A stretch of DNA of 64,000 nt, from positions 13,999-77,998 of the IMG/VR virus record IMGVR_UViG_3300035490_000323; one strand, 5' to 3'. Below, in pieces: positions 34,776 to 45,001 of this stretch. The stretch comes from a virus. How positions within the stretch are numbered: position 1 is the stretch's first letter; each line of letters begins with the position of its first letter. The position numbers and the translations under genes are program-made. Under the pieces are notes generated by a model. The model did not search any database, was not told where the DNA came from, and worked only from the letters and a program-made list of their open reading frames with translations.

Positions 34776-35014
34776 AGGCCTCTCCCTCTCGCTTACCCTG
34801 CTGGGCTCTTCCGGTAGGGCATCTTCGTGCGGCTGATTAAGGGGGCGGTATTGGCGGAACGGTGTAACTGGCAGGTATACCGGACAAGCGGGTTTTGGCT
34901 AGCCTCTGGCAGATTTCAATGATGCGCTGGGTAAAGAGTTCGGGCATGGGCGGAAAAATAATTCCTGGGGGTATGGGGTCGTGCCTCCTGGGCTCGTCTT
35001 GCCCCTGACAATAC

Positions 35015-35746
35015 TCACTTCTTCTCAAAGCGGTCGCCTCCCTTGACGACAACAAACTGCGAGCCGACGAAGGACGCTGGCCTGGGGGCGGGCACGGCGG
35101 GGGGGGCGGCCTGCACGGGCTTCTCGGCGGGGGAGGGAGGAGGGACGGACAGCCCCGCCCTGGACACCACCCTCTCCTGGCGGGCCCTCTTGCAGGGGCA
35201 GACGGTAAACCTCCACACGGGGTACTGCTCCGTGCGGGAGCCCTCCCCGTGGCACAGGGGGCAGCCCTCGATGCCCTGGGTGAGCTGGGGGACGGGGAAC
35301 CAGGGGTGCTTCCTGGGGTCGTACCCCTGCGGGACGCCCTCTGCTATCTCCCTGGCGTGCCTCCTCACTGTCTTCAGCGACATGCCACGGGAGGCAAAGA
35401 ACCGCTCCTTCTGGACATCAGGGTCGGGGTGGAAGGCGAAGTGCATGCTGTAGCGCATCCGGGCGGCGGATATCTTCCCCTTGTCGTCCTCGATGTCCTC
35501 GTCCCACGTCTCCCACAGGACAGGCTTGCGTGGCGGGGGAAGGGGGGTATCCTGGCCCAGGCGGGTGGCGGCCTCGATAAGGGCGCTCGCGGCGGCTACA
35601 GCATCCGGGGATGCCTCCGCAGGGACGGGCCGCCTGGAGACGAGCAGCCATGCGATGGCGGTGGGGCTGCACCCCATCGGGGCCTTGCTCCAGTCCCCCT
35701 CCCAGGACCTTGCTGTCCCGCTGCTAGGCATCTGCCGTGCCTCCAT
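35015..35746 (-). CDS. Hypothetical protein, possible helicase loader/replication accessory
   Basis: CPLC.G.G...CPC Zn motif; follows the initiator and helicase genes. Confidence 0.5.
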   Translation of the reverse strand: MEARQMPSSGTARSWEGDWSKAPMGCSPTAIAWLLVSRRPVPAEASPDAVAAASALIEAATRLGQDTPLPPPRKPVLWETWDEDIEDDKGKISAARMRYSMHFAFHPDPDVQKERFFASRGMSLKTVRRHAREIAEGVPQGYDPRKHPWFPVPQLTQGIEGCPLCHGEGSRTEQYPVWRFTVCPCKRARQERVVSRAGLSVPPPSPAEKPVQAAPPAVPAPRPASFVGSQFVVVKGGDRFEKK

Positions 35747-36401
35747 CGCTTCCCTCTCCTGTCACGCCTGCCTCCTCTGTTTTCTCCGGGCAGGGGGGGG
35801 CGCTTCCCTTAAGGGTTCTCTTAAGGGTTGATTGAAGGTGTTCTATTAAGGGTTTAGGTGGTTTAGGACCACTACCCCAGGGGTTTATAACCCCTACCCC
35901 AGTGGTCCTAAACCACCACCCCAGTGGTCCTAAGCCACTACCTGGGTGGTCCATAACCCCTACGTGGTGGTCTATAGCCCCCACCTCGCCTGCCGCCCAG
36001 GCGGGGTGGGCGAAGAGCAGCGTCCTGCCCGGCACCCTCTGGGTCCAGCCCTCGAACGCCTTGACCCCCTGCCTGTACTCTGCCTGTGCCTCCGGTATGT
36101 CCACCACTCCCCGCAGGGAGTACCTGTTGCTCCCCTGCCACCCAGGGCGGCTGCTGTTGCACTGCCCCTCCGCCGTGGTCACGAGGTCGAGCGCCCACAG
36201 CCACCTCATGGCCCTGATGACCGCCTTCCTGTCTATCCCCCCCAGCCTGTCCGCCAGGTCGCGGTAGGACGGCCAGCAGGCGTTCTCCGTGCTGGCCGTC
36301 CAGCACAGCTCCCAGGCCACGGCCCTCAGGGTGCCCAGGTCAACCCCAGGCACGGGGGGCAGCAGGGTGTAGTGCAGGGCGTCTGTGTGTCTGTTGCTCA
36401 T
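35724..36401 (-). CDS. Winged-HTH replication initiator-like protein
   Basis: CWPSYRDLADRLGG.DRKAVIRAMRWL...SNRY; internal DNA repeats; next to the helicase. Confidence 0.7.
   Translation of the reverse strand: MSNRHTDALHYTLLPPVPGVDLGTLRAVAWELCWTASTENACWPSYRDLADRLGGIDRKAVIRAMRWLWALDLVTTAEGQCNSSRPGWQGSNRYSLRGVVDIPEAQAEYRQGVKAFEGWTQRVPGRTLLFAHPAWAAGEVGAIDHHVGVMDHPGSGLGPLGWWFRTTGVGVINPWGSGPKPPKPLIEHLQSTLKRTLKGSAPPCPEKTEEAGVTGEGSDGGTADA
35808..35965. repeat. Iteron-like direct and inverted repeats (candidate replication origin)
   Basis: ACCCCAGTGGTCCTAARCCACYACC twice in tandem plus a degenerate third copy; inverted copy GTGGTTTAGGACCACT; three TTAAGGGTT repeats in an AT-richer flank. Confidence 0.65.
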
Positions 36402-36406
36402 CTTGC

Positions 36407-37987
36407 CTAGTATTGCGGCATGTCGTCCGCCAGGTCCCCGAAGACGCGCACCTCCGCCACGGCCTGGGCCGAGGCGGCTATCCTCTCGCCGGATGCGTCC
36501 TCGTCCTTCAGGGTGAACGCCCCGGTCGGCTGTAGCGTCATGGTGACGGCCGGCGGCTGCCTCCCCTCGCGCTTCTTGATGCACGCGACCTCAATCTGCC
36601 CGCTGGTCTTCATGTCGCTGTCGGACCAGACCGTCAGGATGAGGTCCATGTCGTCCTTAAGCTCGCTGTAGGTCCTGATGGCCTCAAGGGTATAGTGCCC
36701 CTGCCCCTCCTTGAAGTCCCCCTTCATGGCCTCCTTGTACGACTCCTTGGTAATCTGCACGGGGCTCACCACCATCAGGCCCCTGGCCTCGTCGAAGTTC
36801 CTGGTCATCTTCTGGATGCGGTGGATGAGGTCCCTCATCCCCTGGTCCTTCCAGCGGGGGTCGCCCGGTATCTCCATGCGGGTGATGTAGTCCAGCACCA
36901 GGAAGTCGTACCTGTTCTTGCCGTTGTAGACGGCCATCCAGTCGGCGATGGTGTCCCAGTCCCGCGAGGGGAACTCCTTCACCTCCAGCTTCCCCGGCAG
37001 GTTCCTGCGGTTCTCCAGGTCGAAGGTGACCTGCCGCATGAACTCGATGTCCGCCGGGGTCACCCGCTTGTCGTCCCAGGCCTTGGGGATGGGCAGTATC
37101 CTGCCCTCGTACTCGGGGCGGGTCGAGTGCAGGTAGGTCATGGCGTCCCATACCTGCCTGGGCGTGTGCTCGGTGGAGACATAGAGGCCGTTGGCCCCCT
37201 GCTTCAGCCAGTTATAGGCTATGAAGTTAGCCAGGGACGTCTTGCCGTCCCCGGCCTGCCCCACTATCCCTATGAACCTTAGCGCCTGCCTGCCGACCAT
37301 GAGGCTGCTGTCCAGGTGCTCTATCCCCAGGGCGAAGCGCCCCGTCGCCGCCTTCTCGTCCATCCTGTCCGAGAACCCCTCGCGCACCGCCTGCATGTTC
37401 TCGTGCAGGAAGCCGTCCACGGGCGGGGACTCGTCGGCGAAGTCCTTTGTCCACTGCATCCTCAGCCACTTCATGGCGGCGGCAGGGCCACGCTCCTCCT
37501 TCTTGTCCTTCCCCTCGCGCCACTCGAACGCCGCCAGCCCGTTGGCAATCCTCCCGGCCTTGTCGTACAGGGCGGAGTGCCAGGTGCCCCGCACCTTGGA
37601 GAAGGTCTTCTCCAGCAGGACCAGGGTGTCCATGCCCCTCAGGGACCCCACCGGGGGCTCCCATCCCCCCTTCAGCAGGTCAAGCTGCTCCGTCACCCTG
37701 GCCGAGTCACCCCTCCCCTCGTCCCCCTGGGAGAACTCCTGGAGGTAGTCGGGGTTGCTGATTACGTAGTCCTTTACCCCCCCTGCCCCGGCGGGCAGGG
37801 AGCCGAACTTCTCGATGTACTTCCACACCGCCCTGAGGGTGGCGCTGGTCACTACCTCGTCGCTCCCCGGCACCCAGTCGCATATGCCGGAGAAGTGTAC
37901 CGTCCAGGCCAGCTTCTTCTTGTTCTGGAGCACGAAGGGGTATAGGTCCTGCGTGCAGAGACGCCGGGTAAGCTCAGAGATATACAT
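36407..37987 (-). CDS. DnaB-like replicative helicase
   Basis: Walker A GQAGDGKTS, YVSTE, LVLDY, SPVQ, D.DLIL and K.REG motifs. Confidence 0.85.
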   Translation of the reverse strand: MYISELTRRLCTQDLYPFVLQNKKKLAWTVHFSGICDWVPGSDEVVTSATLRAVWKYIEKFGSLPAGAGGVKDYVISNPDYLQEFSQGDEGRGDSARVTEQLDLLKGGWEPPVGSLRGMDTLVLLEKTFSKVRGTWHSALYDKAGRIANGLAAFEWREGKDKKEERGPAAAMKWLRMQWTKDFADESPPVDGFLHENMQAVREGFSDRMDEKAATGRFALGIEHLDSSLMVGRQALRFIGIVGQAGDGKTSLANFIAYNWLKQGANGLYVSTEHTPRQVWDAMTYLHSTRPEYEGRILPIPKAWDDKRVTPADIEFMRQVTFDLENRRNLPGKLEVKEFPSRDWDTIADWMAVYNGKNRYDFLVLDYITRMEIPGDPRWKDQGMRDLIHRIQKMTRNFDEARGLMVVSPVQITKESYKEAMKGDFKEGQGHYTLEAIRTYSELKDDMDLILTVWSDSDMKTSGQIEVACIKKREGRQPPAVTMTLQPTGAFTLKDEDASGERIAASAQAVAEVRVFGDLADDMPQY

Positions 37988-38017
37988 CCGACCCCTTCCT
38001 GGCTTTGGCGGGATTCA

Positions 38018-38581
38018 TTGGCATATACTAAATACCCTTCCGCACGGCAATCCCCCGCATCGGGGCTTCCAGGGCCTTCTTGTATGGCGTCCGATACCGT
38101 GGTGGAGGTCAGCCTTCTCCACTACAGGTTCCGATTCAGGAGGCTGGACTGGAAGGAGGAGGCCGCAGTCGGCCTTGACAAGAGCCCCCTCCGGGCCCTC
38201 CTCTCCCTCGCCCTCCGCGAGGTGTCCGGCCTTGCCCCCTCCTCCCTCGCAGAGGCACGCAGGGTGATAGACGCCATCCCCGAGGCCATCGCCGTCCGTG
38301 TATGGAAGGTGTACCGTGGCTCCCTGCCGCCCTCCCGCAGGTTCTCTACCTCCAACCTGTACCAGGCACCCGAGCCTGCGGCCTATGCGGAGCGTATCGT
38401 GGAGGAGGAGCCGCTGGAGGACAGGGCACACGACCGTGCTGTAAGGGAGATGGAGAGCCGCTTCGGCAGGCAGGAGGTGGCAGAGGAGGCGGAGCTTAGC
38501 AGGAGGATTCTGGAGTCGGCCAGGAAGGAGGGGGTCAGGATAGCGAGGGCCACCCCCGAGAGGAGGGGCGATGGACGTTAG
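38018..38581 (+). CDS. Hypothetical protein of the tail module
   Basis: First gene of the + strand structural cluster. Confidence 0.55.
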   Translation: MAYTKYPSARQSPASGLPGPSCMASDTVVEVSLLHYRFRFRRLDWKEEAAVGLDKSPLRALLSLALREVSGLAPSSLAEARRVIDAIPEAIAVRVWKVYRGSLPPSRRFSTSNLYQAPEPAAYAERIVEEEPLEDRAHDRAVREMESRFGRQEVAEEAELSRRILESARKEGVRIARATPERRGDGR

Positions 38582-39722
38582 GCCCAGGACATCCCCCGAG
38601 GTCCTCGGTACCTCCCCCTCCGGCCGCTGGCTGGGGGCATCCCCGTCCGCCGACTCCAGGCTCACGCCTGGGGCAGAGCTTGCCCGCAGCCTCAGCGAGG
38701 GGGTCGTCAACCGGGTCCCCCCGAAGTACATCCAGGAGGTAAGGGGCAGGGTGACCGAGGCATGCAGCGAGATTATAGGCATAGGGGCGAGGATACGCCC
38801 GCTCATGGTAGACGGCACCCAGCGGGGGTGGGTAAGGGGGTTCTTCAATACCGAGAGGCGTATCCTCCTCAGGTGGGTGCCGGACCCCCTCGACTTCGTG
38901 TACCGCTGCCTGCTGCTCTCCACCTCCCTGGCGGAGGAGGAGGTGACTGCCCTCTCCTCCCTGGAGGTCGTCAGGCTGGTAAGGCTGGTCACGGCCATGG
39001 GCGAGAGGGACTCCTCCCTCTATCCCTACCTGTCCGCCTTCTCTACCACCAGGGACTCGGAGTGCCTCTGGCACAGCGGGGGGCAGTATGCCTCCTTCGA
39101 GAACCGCAGGGTCGCCATGCCGGACGGGAAGCACATATCCATCCTTTGCCCCTCCGACCATGCCCGCCTCTGGGCCTCCCTCTGCACCTACCGCGAGCAG
39201 GCCAAGAAGCGCCTGGACGAGAACTGGAACGCCGTGCTGATAATACGCCCGTGGGCAGGCAAGTCCGTGGACGGCCTCGTGGCGGAGCTGAAGGGCGTCA
39301 CCAAGCAGATGAAGGCGGATGCCCTGGAGCCGTGGGAGGGCATAGTCTCCGCCCCCCCGGACAAGTCCCTTGACGACGGGTGGGCGCACATAGAGAACAT
39401 GGAGACCAAGGAGGGCATGCTCAGGGAGCTTCACGGGATGCTCAGCAACGACCGCCACGAGCAGCTAATGGCCGAGTTCGAGAGGCAGCAGATTGAGGCC
39501 GCAGAGCAGCGCAAGAGGCAGCTAGAGCGCATCGCGGCAGGGCGCGGCGGCCCTGGTATCAACAGGGAGGTCATCAGGGTGGAGACAGAGGTGGGGGCCT
39601 TCAAGAAGGAGAGGGAACTCAGGAAGGGGAGGATAGCCCCCCCTCCCGTGGCGGACAGGTATGCCGCAGACAGGAGCACCGGCACGGACATAGGGGAGAG
39701 AATAAAGAGGTACCAGCAGTAG
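38571..39722 (+). CDS. Hypothetical protein of the tail module
   Basis: 383-aa ORF with genome-typical codon usage. Confidence 0.65.
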   Translation: MDVRPRTSPEVLGTSPSGRWLGASPSADSRLTPGAELARSLSEGVVNRVPPKYIQEVRGRVTEACSEIIGIGARIRPLMVDGTQRGWVRGFFNTERRILLRWVPDPLDFVYRCLLLSTSLAEEEVTALSSLEVVRLVRLVTAMGERDSSLYPYLSAFSTTRDSECLWHSGGQYASFENRRVAMPDGKHISILCPSDHARLWASLCTYREQAKKRLDENWNAVLIIRPWAGKSVDGLVAELKGVTKQMKADALEPWEGIVSAPPDKSLDDGWAHIENMETKEGMLRELHGMLSNDRHEQLMAEFERQQIEAAEQRKRQLERIAAGRGGPGINREVIRVETEVGAFKKERELRKGRIAPPPVADRYAADRSTGTDIGERIKRYQQ

Positions 39723-39723
39723 G

Positions 39724-40470
39724 CTACTTCTTCCCGGAGAAGTAGGAGCCGATGCCCATTGCCGCTGCTGTCCCAAGGCATGTTGCCGCAACGGCATAGG
39801 GGTGGTTGTAGAGGGGGTGGCCGGGCTCCCCCGACCTCCTCTCTTGCTCCCACCTGGAGGCATGCTGTAGGCTGCGCCAGGCGGGGTAGGCGAACCACGC
39901 CAGGGCCCAGCATACCGGCCACGCCATGGGCGTGTTGGGGGCAGGGCAGACCAGGCAGGTGACCGCTGCATAGAGGAGCCAGAAGGGCACCATCCCCACC
40001 ACTATCCACAGGGCAGCGAACACCGACATATAGAGCATCCCGAGGAACATGACAGGCAGCGACCAGTCCAGCATCCACCTGTTCCCCGTCATGACGGCGC
40101 ACAGGGGGAATGCCAGGAAGAAGGCAGTCAAGACCATCACTGCCTTGTTCCTTATGTACTTAAGGGTGTTCTTAAACCCGTTGGGCATCCTGAGCTTGTA
40201 TACTATGTCTAGCGCCGAGTCTTTCAGCCTTTCCATCGCCCCCCCTGGGAAGGGCAGGTCGTACCTATAGAGTGTTTTCCATAGCTCGGGGTTTACCTCT
40301 ACCTCCCATTCCGTCCACTCGTCAGGGTGTACCCCTTCCAGTACTTGCCAGGGCCGGAGGGGCTCCCTGGCGGCCACCAGCCTGCGCCACTGCCAGCTTT
40401 CCCTATACTCCAGTGTATCCCCGTAAATCTCCCTGTTCTTTGCCATGGTAACCCTTTCCTCCATTATCAT
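39724..40470 (-). CDS. Multi-pass membrane protein
   Basis: Several hydrophobic helices; own TGTATAAT box; opposes the structural operon. Confidence 0.65.
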   Translation of the reverse strand: MIMEERVTMAKNREIYGDTLEYRESWQWRRLVAAREPLRPWQVLEGVHPDEWTEWEVEVNPELWKTLYRYDLPFPGGAMERLKDSALDIVYKLRMPNGFKNTLKYIRNKAVMVLTAFFLAFPLCAVMTGNRWMLDWSLPVMFLGMLYMSVFAALWIVVGMVPFWLLYAAVTCLVCPAPNTPMAWPVCWALAWFAYPAWRSLQHASRWEQERRSGEPGHPLYNHPYAVAATCLGTAAAMGIGSYFSGKK

Positions 40471-40552
40471 TATACACCAGTCTACACGCCATGGCCCAGG
40501 ATTCTGGCAATTCTGACATAAACAACTGCCACCTCACTAAGTAGGAGGGCAC

Positions 40553-41176
40553 ATGAGCGAGGAGACCAAGCAGAGCGCCGAGGCACAGCCGACGGCCCCC
40601 AAGTCCCTGGAGGAGGTCATCCTTGGCCTCAAGGGGTTCGGGATAGAGGAGAACGAGGAGATTCTCAACTTCGAGGCGTCCGAGAGGAAAATCAGCCTCA
40701 GGATATCCAACATCCCCACGGAGCAGGAGATGAAGGCCCTGGTGGCCACCGAGGAGTTCAAGGGGTATGCCTGGGTCCAGCGCATCCGGTGCGAGATGCT
40801 CTCCAGGGCAGTGACCTGGATTAACGGCATAAGCATCAAGGACCTTGCCCCCGAGCAGAGGATAGTCACCGACCCCACTACCCCTGACAAGGCAAGGTGT
40901 GACGTGCAGGTCGCCCTGCGCAACATACTCCTGGGATGGGGCCAGGAGGTCGTTCAGACCCTCTGGAAGATGCTCATGGTACACTCCGACAGGATTGAGA
41001 AGCGCATGCAGGCCAGCTTCCCCGACTCGACGCTTATGACCGACGTGGAGAAGCGCCTGTTCGAGGCCGCCCTCAGGGAGATACACGATGCCAGCAGGGA
41101 GGTCATAGAGGACACGGTGGCCAAGGTCACAGAGGGGCTCCTGCCCGCTGAGCAGGGCAAGGAAGGCACGGAGTAG
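40553..41176 (+). CDS. Putative tail assembly chaperone
   Basis: Acidic helical protein just before the tape-measure-like gene. Confidence 0.5.
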   Translation: MSEETKQSAEAQPTAPKSLEEVILGLKGFGIEENEEILNFEASERKISLRISNIPTEQEMKALVATEEFKGYAWVQRIRCEMLSRAVTWINGISIKDLAPEQRIVTDPTTPDKARCDVQVALRNILLGWGQEVVQTLWKMLMVHSDRIEKRMQASFPDSTLMTDVEKRLFEAALREIHDASREVIEDTVAKVTEGLLPAEQGKEGTE

Positions 41177-41190
41177 CCAGGGGATAGCCA

Positions 41191-44100
41191 ATGCCCGACA
41201 TCAACGACCAGCAGAGGACGCTACAGGGCCTCCTCAACACGATGAACGATTTCTCGGTCACCATGGCCGCCACGATGGACATGATGAACGAGAAGACCCG
41301 CCAGTTCATCGAGGTCTCGGACAAGCTCGTTGAGAGGTGGGGCACCATGGCGGACGATGCCAAGTCGTTCGTTGCCCACGTGGACCAGATGGAGAAGGGG
41401 TTCACCGAGGTCCTCCGCATGGTCGGCAAGCTCAAGGGCGGCATATTCAACCAGCGGGAGGTAAGGTACGTCAGGGAGGACTTCGAGAAGATAGCCAAGG
41501 CGGCCAAGCAAATCCTGGACGACGAGGGCCGCACTGCTAACGAGCGCCACCGGGCGAGGCAGACGCTCGATGCCATGACCAGGAGCCTTGAGAAGCTCAG
41601 GGATGTTACCGCTGTAACCCCTAAGCTAGCGGGAGAACTCAGGAAAGAGCTGGAAGGGGTAGAGGGCACCCTTGGCTCAATCCGCAGGGAGATGGAGAAG
41701 ACCCGCAGTGCATTCGATGCCGTGGGCTCGGCCCTGCGGGATACCTTCGGGAATGTAAGGCTGTTCGAGCCGTTTACTCGGTTCTTTGACAAGTATCGCA
41801 GGCTGAAGGAGACTGGCGAGAGCATCAAGAAGACAGCCGAGGAGAACATAAAGAGGAGGGTAGAGGCATACCAGGTGAAGGCTGCCGGGAGGGAGGACCC
41901 CCTCCAGGAGCTACTCCATCGTATCCCGGTCACCCCGAGGGGCAAGATAGACAAGAAGGCCCTCCAGTCTATGGGGGCAGAGCAGAGGGCAGAGGTTGTC
42001 AGGGCTGCTCAGGAGGTAGAAGCCTTAAGGCCCAAAGTCCTGGAGGGCATGGTCGAAAGGTTCAGAGGAACCCCCAAGGGCCGCCAGAGGTTGGCACAGG
42101 GCATAAGGGAGGCCGCCGGGCAGCTTGTCCGGGAGGGGGGGCCGGTAGGCCCGCTCCCAGCGCCTCCAGGTCCAGCGAGGGAGGTCATAGACTTCAGGGA
42201 GGGAGCCCCGGTAGGAGAGAGGTTCGCGGATGCTGCCCGGGCCTCCGAGACCGCCGCAGGCAAGGCGGCTGAGGCGGCCGCAACAGGTGCCTCTGCCGTA
42301 GCCGAGGCAGCGGAGACTGCTTCCGCAGTAGCGGCAGCCCCTACTGCCGGAGCAGGGGAAGGGTTGGCGGGCGGTATAGCCGCAGGGGCAGCAGCACCCG
42401 TTGCCAGGGCGCTTACAGGGGAGGGGCTGGCGGGCGTAGAGGCGGTGGCAGGTGCAGGGGCAGGAGGAGAGGCCGCCGCTGCAACGATAGGCGGGACGGT
42501 GGCAGCGGTCGCAGCCCCCGTGGCGGCCATCGCAGGCGTCCTGATAGCGCTCAAGGAGGCCTTCGACGGGATGGCGGAGGACAACAAGAAGATGTTCTCT
42601 GCCATAGGCGCGGGCGGCATCGCTGGCGGCGGCTACATGGCGATGCAGCAGGCACGCAGCCTGCTCAGGATGCCGGGCGAGCTGGGCTTCAAGTACGGCC
42701 AGACGGAGCCGAGGAACCTGGAGATGATTCAGGAGATGATTAAGTACGGGATGGGCACCCCCGAGCTGTTCAGGCCCGGCGCTGTCAAGTCTCTGAAGAA
42801 CACCTTCCTCGGCGAGGCGGGGGTCAGCGGCCTGGCAGGGGTTGCGTTCGGGCCTGCGATGGTGGCAGGGATGGACACCCGGCAGGCGAGCGAGGAGACG
42901 ATGAAGCTCATCGTCCAGTACGGTAAGTCCATGGAGTCCGTCCATAAGTTCTTCGTGATGCTGTCCGCCGACGTGGACGCCTCCGGGATATCCACCTCCA
43001 AGTACCTTGAGATTATCGACGACGTCAACAGCCACTTTAGCCTGCTTACCAAGAGCCTGGGGGATGTCGTCTCGGTGCTCCGCACCCTGGGGAGCACCGG
43101 GATGCTGACAGGCGAGTCCCTCAAGGAGTTCTCCCAGGCCTTCATGGTCCCCAAGGGGGCCCCCCTCCCGTGGAGGGCCTACCTGCTGGCCACTGCCCCC
43201 CAGGCACTAAAGACAGGCATGCTGAGGGGGATGGAGGCGAACGTCAGGACCCTGGGCGGGGATGTCTATAACAGCCTGGTGGATGCCCTGAAGACGACGG
43301 GCATGACCGAGAATGCAGCGCAGAAGGAGCTGAGCGATAAGTATGGTATAAAGTCCGGCGCAGACATAGAGAGCCAGGACGCATCGTATATGACCGGGGT
43401 TATAAGCGACATCTCCGGCCGTGCGGGCGAGAAGGGCCAGGAGTATACCCAGGCGGCAGGGACCACCCTAGAGACACTGACCACGCAGGTCGCCCAGGTT
43501 ATAAAGGGCAGGAGGGCGCTTGCCCCTGGCGGGAGCATGAAGGACATCCTGGAGTTCCTCCCCGGCCCCCAGACGCCGGGGAACGAGATGACCATCAACC
43601 TGCTCAACGCGCTCAAGGCCGTCGCCGGGACCGGCTCCGACGAGGAGGCATACCGCAGGCTGATTGCCCCCCGCCAGGGGGAGGAGAGGATTACGAACCA
43701 ACTCCTGGCGTCCCAACTGGCACCGCTGGGGAACCAGAAGGTAGAGGAGATTATGAAGCTGGTCGGGAAGCCCCTGAAGACCGCAGGCGACCTGGTCAGG
43801 CAGGCGGCCGAGGGCAGGCTCTCGCCGATACTGGCAAAGGACTACCTTCCGGGGATAGCCGAGTCCATAAACAAGGTCAGCAAGAACACGGAGCAGATAG
43901 ACGTCAGCCAGAACATAGATGACCTGGGGAAGGCGGTAAAGAGCCGCCTTGAGAAGAACTTTGCCCTCCGGGGAGAGGCTACACGCGGTATGGCCGTAAG
44001 GCTGGACCTCCTGTCGGACATAGCAAACCAGGACTCCGACCTGAACCAGAGCAATGCCAAGGACGCCGAGGACCGAGGCAATGTCTTGCAACGGCACAAC

Positions 44101-44985
44101 CTGGAGCAGGCGATAGGCATGAGGGATACCAACGACTGGCTGGAGGCCATCTGGTCGGTGCTGACTAACCAGATTTACTGGCTGCTGTCGAACACCCTCG
44201 GCAGGGCGCTCAAGCTGTTCGGCATAACGCCCCCGGAGATGGGCGTGGACAGGGACACGGGGCGGGTTGTGCCCAAGGAGATGGGAGGCCCCCACTGGGA
44301 GCCCCTGAGCAAGGACTTTGCCGTGGCATCCGGCTTTTACAGTGCAGGCGGCCCCGGCGCAGGCAAGGCAGGCGCAGGAGAGGCAGGAGAGGCAGGCGGC
44401 ATTAGCACAGGCGGGGCAGGCTGGTGGGCCCTCAAGAACCTCAGTGGCCCCGGTGCATTGTGGAATACCCTCCGCTTTGCTGCCGGGCTCGCTGGGATTG
44501 GGGGCGCTGGGGCCGCCCCTACGCCCGGAATCGCCCCCGCGCCCGGTGCCCCCGAGCCTGGGGCCCTTGTCCCCGGCACAGGCAACAGCTTTGTCGATAC
44601 CCTGCTGTACATACTGTCCGATGACTTCGAGGAGGCAGTATACAAGGCCCTCTGGGACAACCGGGACACCCTCTGGAAGGATGCCTGGCTCCCCAGCGTC
44701 CATCCTGGGGGCATCCCTGCTGGCCAGGCGGCCCAGCAGATGGGAGGCATGGACAAGGATGTCTTCAGTAAGGTGTTCAACGTTGACGTGAGGAACTACC
44801 AGACCAAGACGGACTACCATATGTCCGACCTAAGGACCCCCAACGGCTCGGACATAGGCACAAGCACGGAGATTACCCCCGACAAGGCCAAGAAGCTCGC
44901 TGTAGAACTGTCGAACACAGCGATAGGCCAGGCCTCTCAGAGGGGGCTGCTGCCCTCGGGCTTCAGCCCTGTCACCCAGCACTAG
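41191..44985 (+). CDS. Tape-measure-like protein
   Basis: 1264 aa, helical and Ala/Gly-rich with a hydrophobic central segment; position in the tail cluster. Confidence 0.65.
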   Translation: MPDINDQQRTLQGLLNTMNDFSVTMAATMDMMNEKTRQFIEVSDKLVERWGTMADDAKSFVAHVDQMEKGFTEVLRMVGKLKGGIFNQREVRYVREDFEKIAKAAKQILDDEGRTANERHRARQTLDAMTRSLEKLRDVTAVTPKLAGELRKELEGVEGTLGSIRREMEKTRSAFDAVGSALRDTFGNVRLFEPFTRFFDKYRRLKETGESIKKTAEENIKRRVEAYQVKAAGREDPLQELLHRIPVTPRGKIDKKALQSMGAEQRAEVVRAAQEVEALRPKVLEGMVERFRGTPKGRQRLAQGIREAAGQLVREGGPVGPLPAPPGPAREVIDFREGAPVGERFADAARASETAAGKAAEAAATGASAVAEAAETASAVAAAPTAGAGEGLAGGIAAGAAAPVARALTGEGLAGVEAVAGAGAGGEAAAATIGGTVAAVAAPVAAIAGVLIALKEAFDGMAEDNKKMFSAIGAGGIAGGGYMAMQQARSLLRMPGELGFKYGQTEPRNLEMIQEMIKYGMGTPELFRPGAVKSLKNTFLGEAGVSGLAGVAFGPAMVAGMDTRQASEETMKLIVQYGKSMESVHKFFVMLSADVDASGISTSKYLEIIDDVNSHFSLLTKSLGDVVSVLRTLGSTGMLTGESLKEFSQAFMVPKGAPLPWRAYLLATAPQALKTGMLRGMEANVRTLGGDVYNSLVDALKTTGMTENAAQKELSDKYGIKSGADIESQDASYMTGVISDISGRAGEKGQEYTQAAGTTLETLTTQVAQVIKGRRALAPGGSMKDILEFLPGPQTPGNEMTINLLNALKAVAGTGSDEEAYRRLIAPRQGEERITNQLLASQLAPLGNQKVEEIMKLVGKPLKTAGDLVRQAAEGRLSPILAKDYLPGIAESINKVSKNTEQIDVSQNIDDLGKAVKSRLEKNFALRGEATRGMAVRLDLLSDIANQDSDLNQSNAKDAEDRGNVLQRHNLEQAIGMRDTNDWLEAIWSVLTNQIYWLLSNTLGRALKLFGITPPEMGVDRDTGRVVPKEMGGPHWEPLSKDFAVASGFYSAGGPGAGKAGAGEAGEAGGISTGGAGWWALKNLSGPGALWNTLRFAAGLAGIGGAGAAPTPGIAPAPGAPEPGALVPGTGNSFVDTLLYILSDDFEEAVYKALWDNRDTLWKDAWLPSVHPGGIPAGQAAQQMGGMDKDVFSKVFNVDVRNYQTKTDYHMSDLRTPNGSDIGTSTEITPDKAKKLAVELSNTAIGQASQRGLLPSGFSPVTQH

Positions 44986-45001
44986 GAGACTTTAACCGTT
45001 T

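Noticed and set aside
33357-34817. Long antisense ORFs (also 52558..54567, 51121..52536, 1927..3309)
   Set aside because: Antisense shadows of high-GC3 genes with no recognisable motifs.
34776-35014. Cobalamin riboswitch upstream of the B12-dependent reductase
   Set aside because: No recognisable B12-box or conserved core by eye; an Rfam search would be needed.
32862-37987. Inteins or introns in the reductase or helicase
   Set aside because: Lengths and motif spacing look normal, and no intein termini are visible.
41580-42500. Codon-usage shift inside the tape-measure-like gene as a foreign insertion
   Set aside because: It coincides with a low-complexity Ala/Gly linker, and no boundary repeats or mobile gene are visible.
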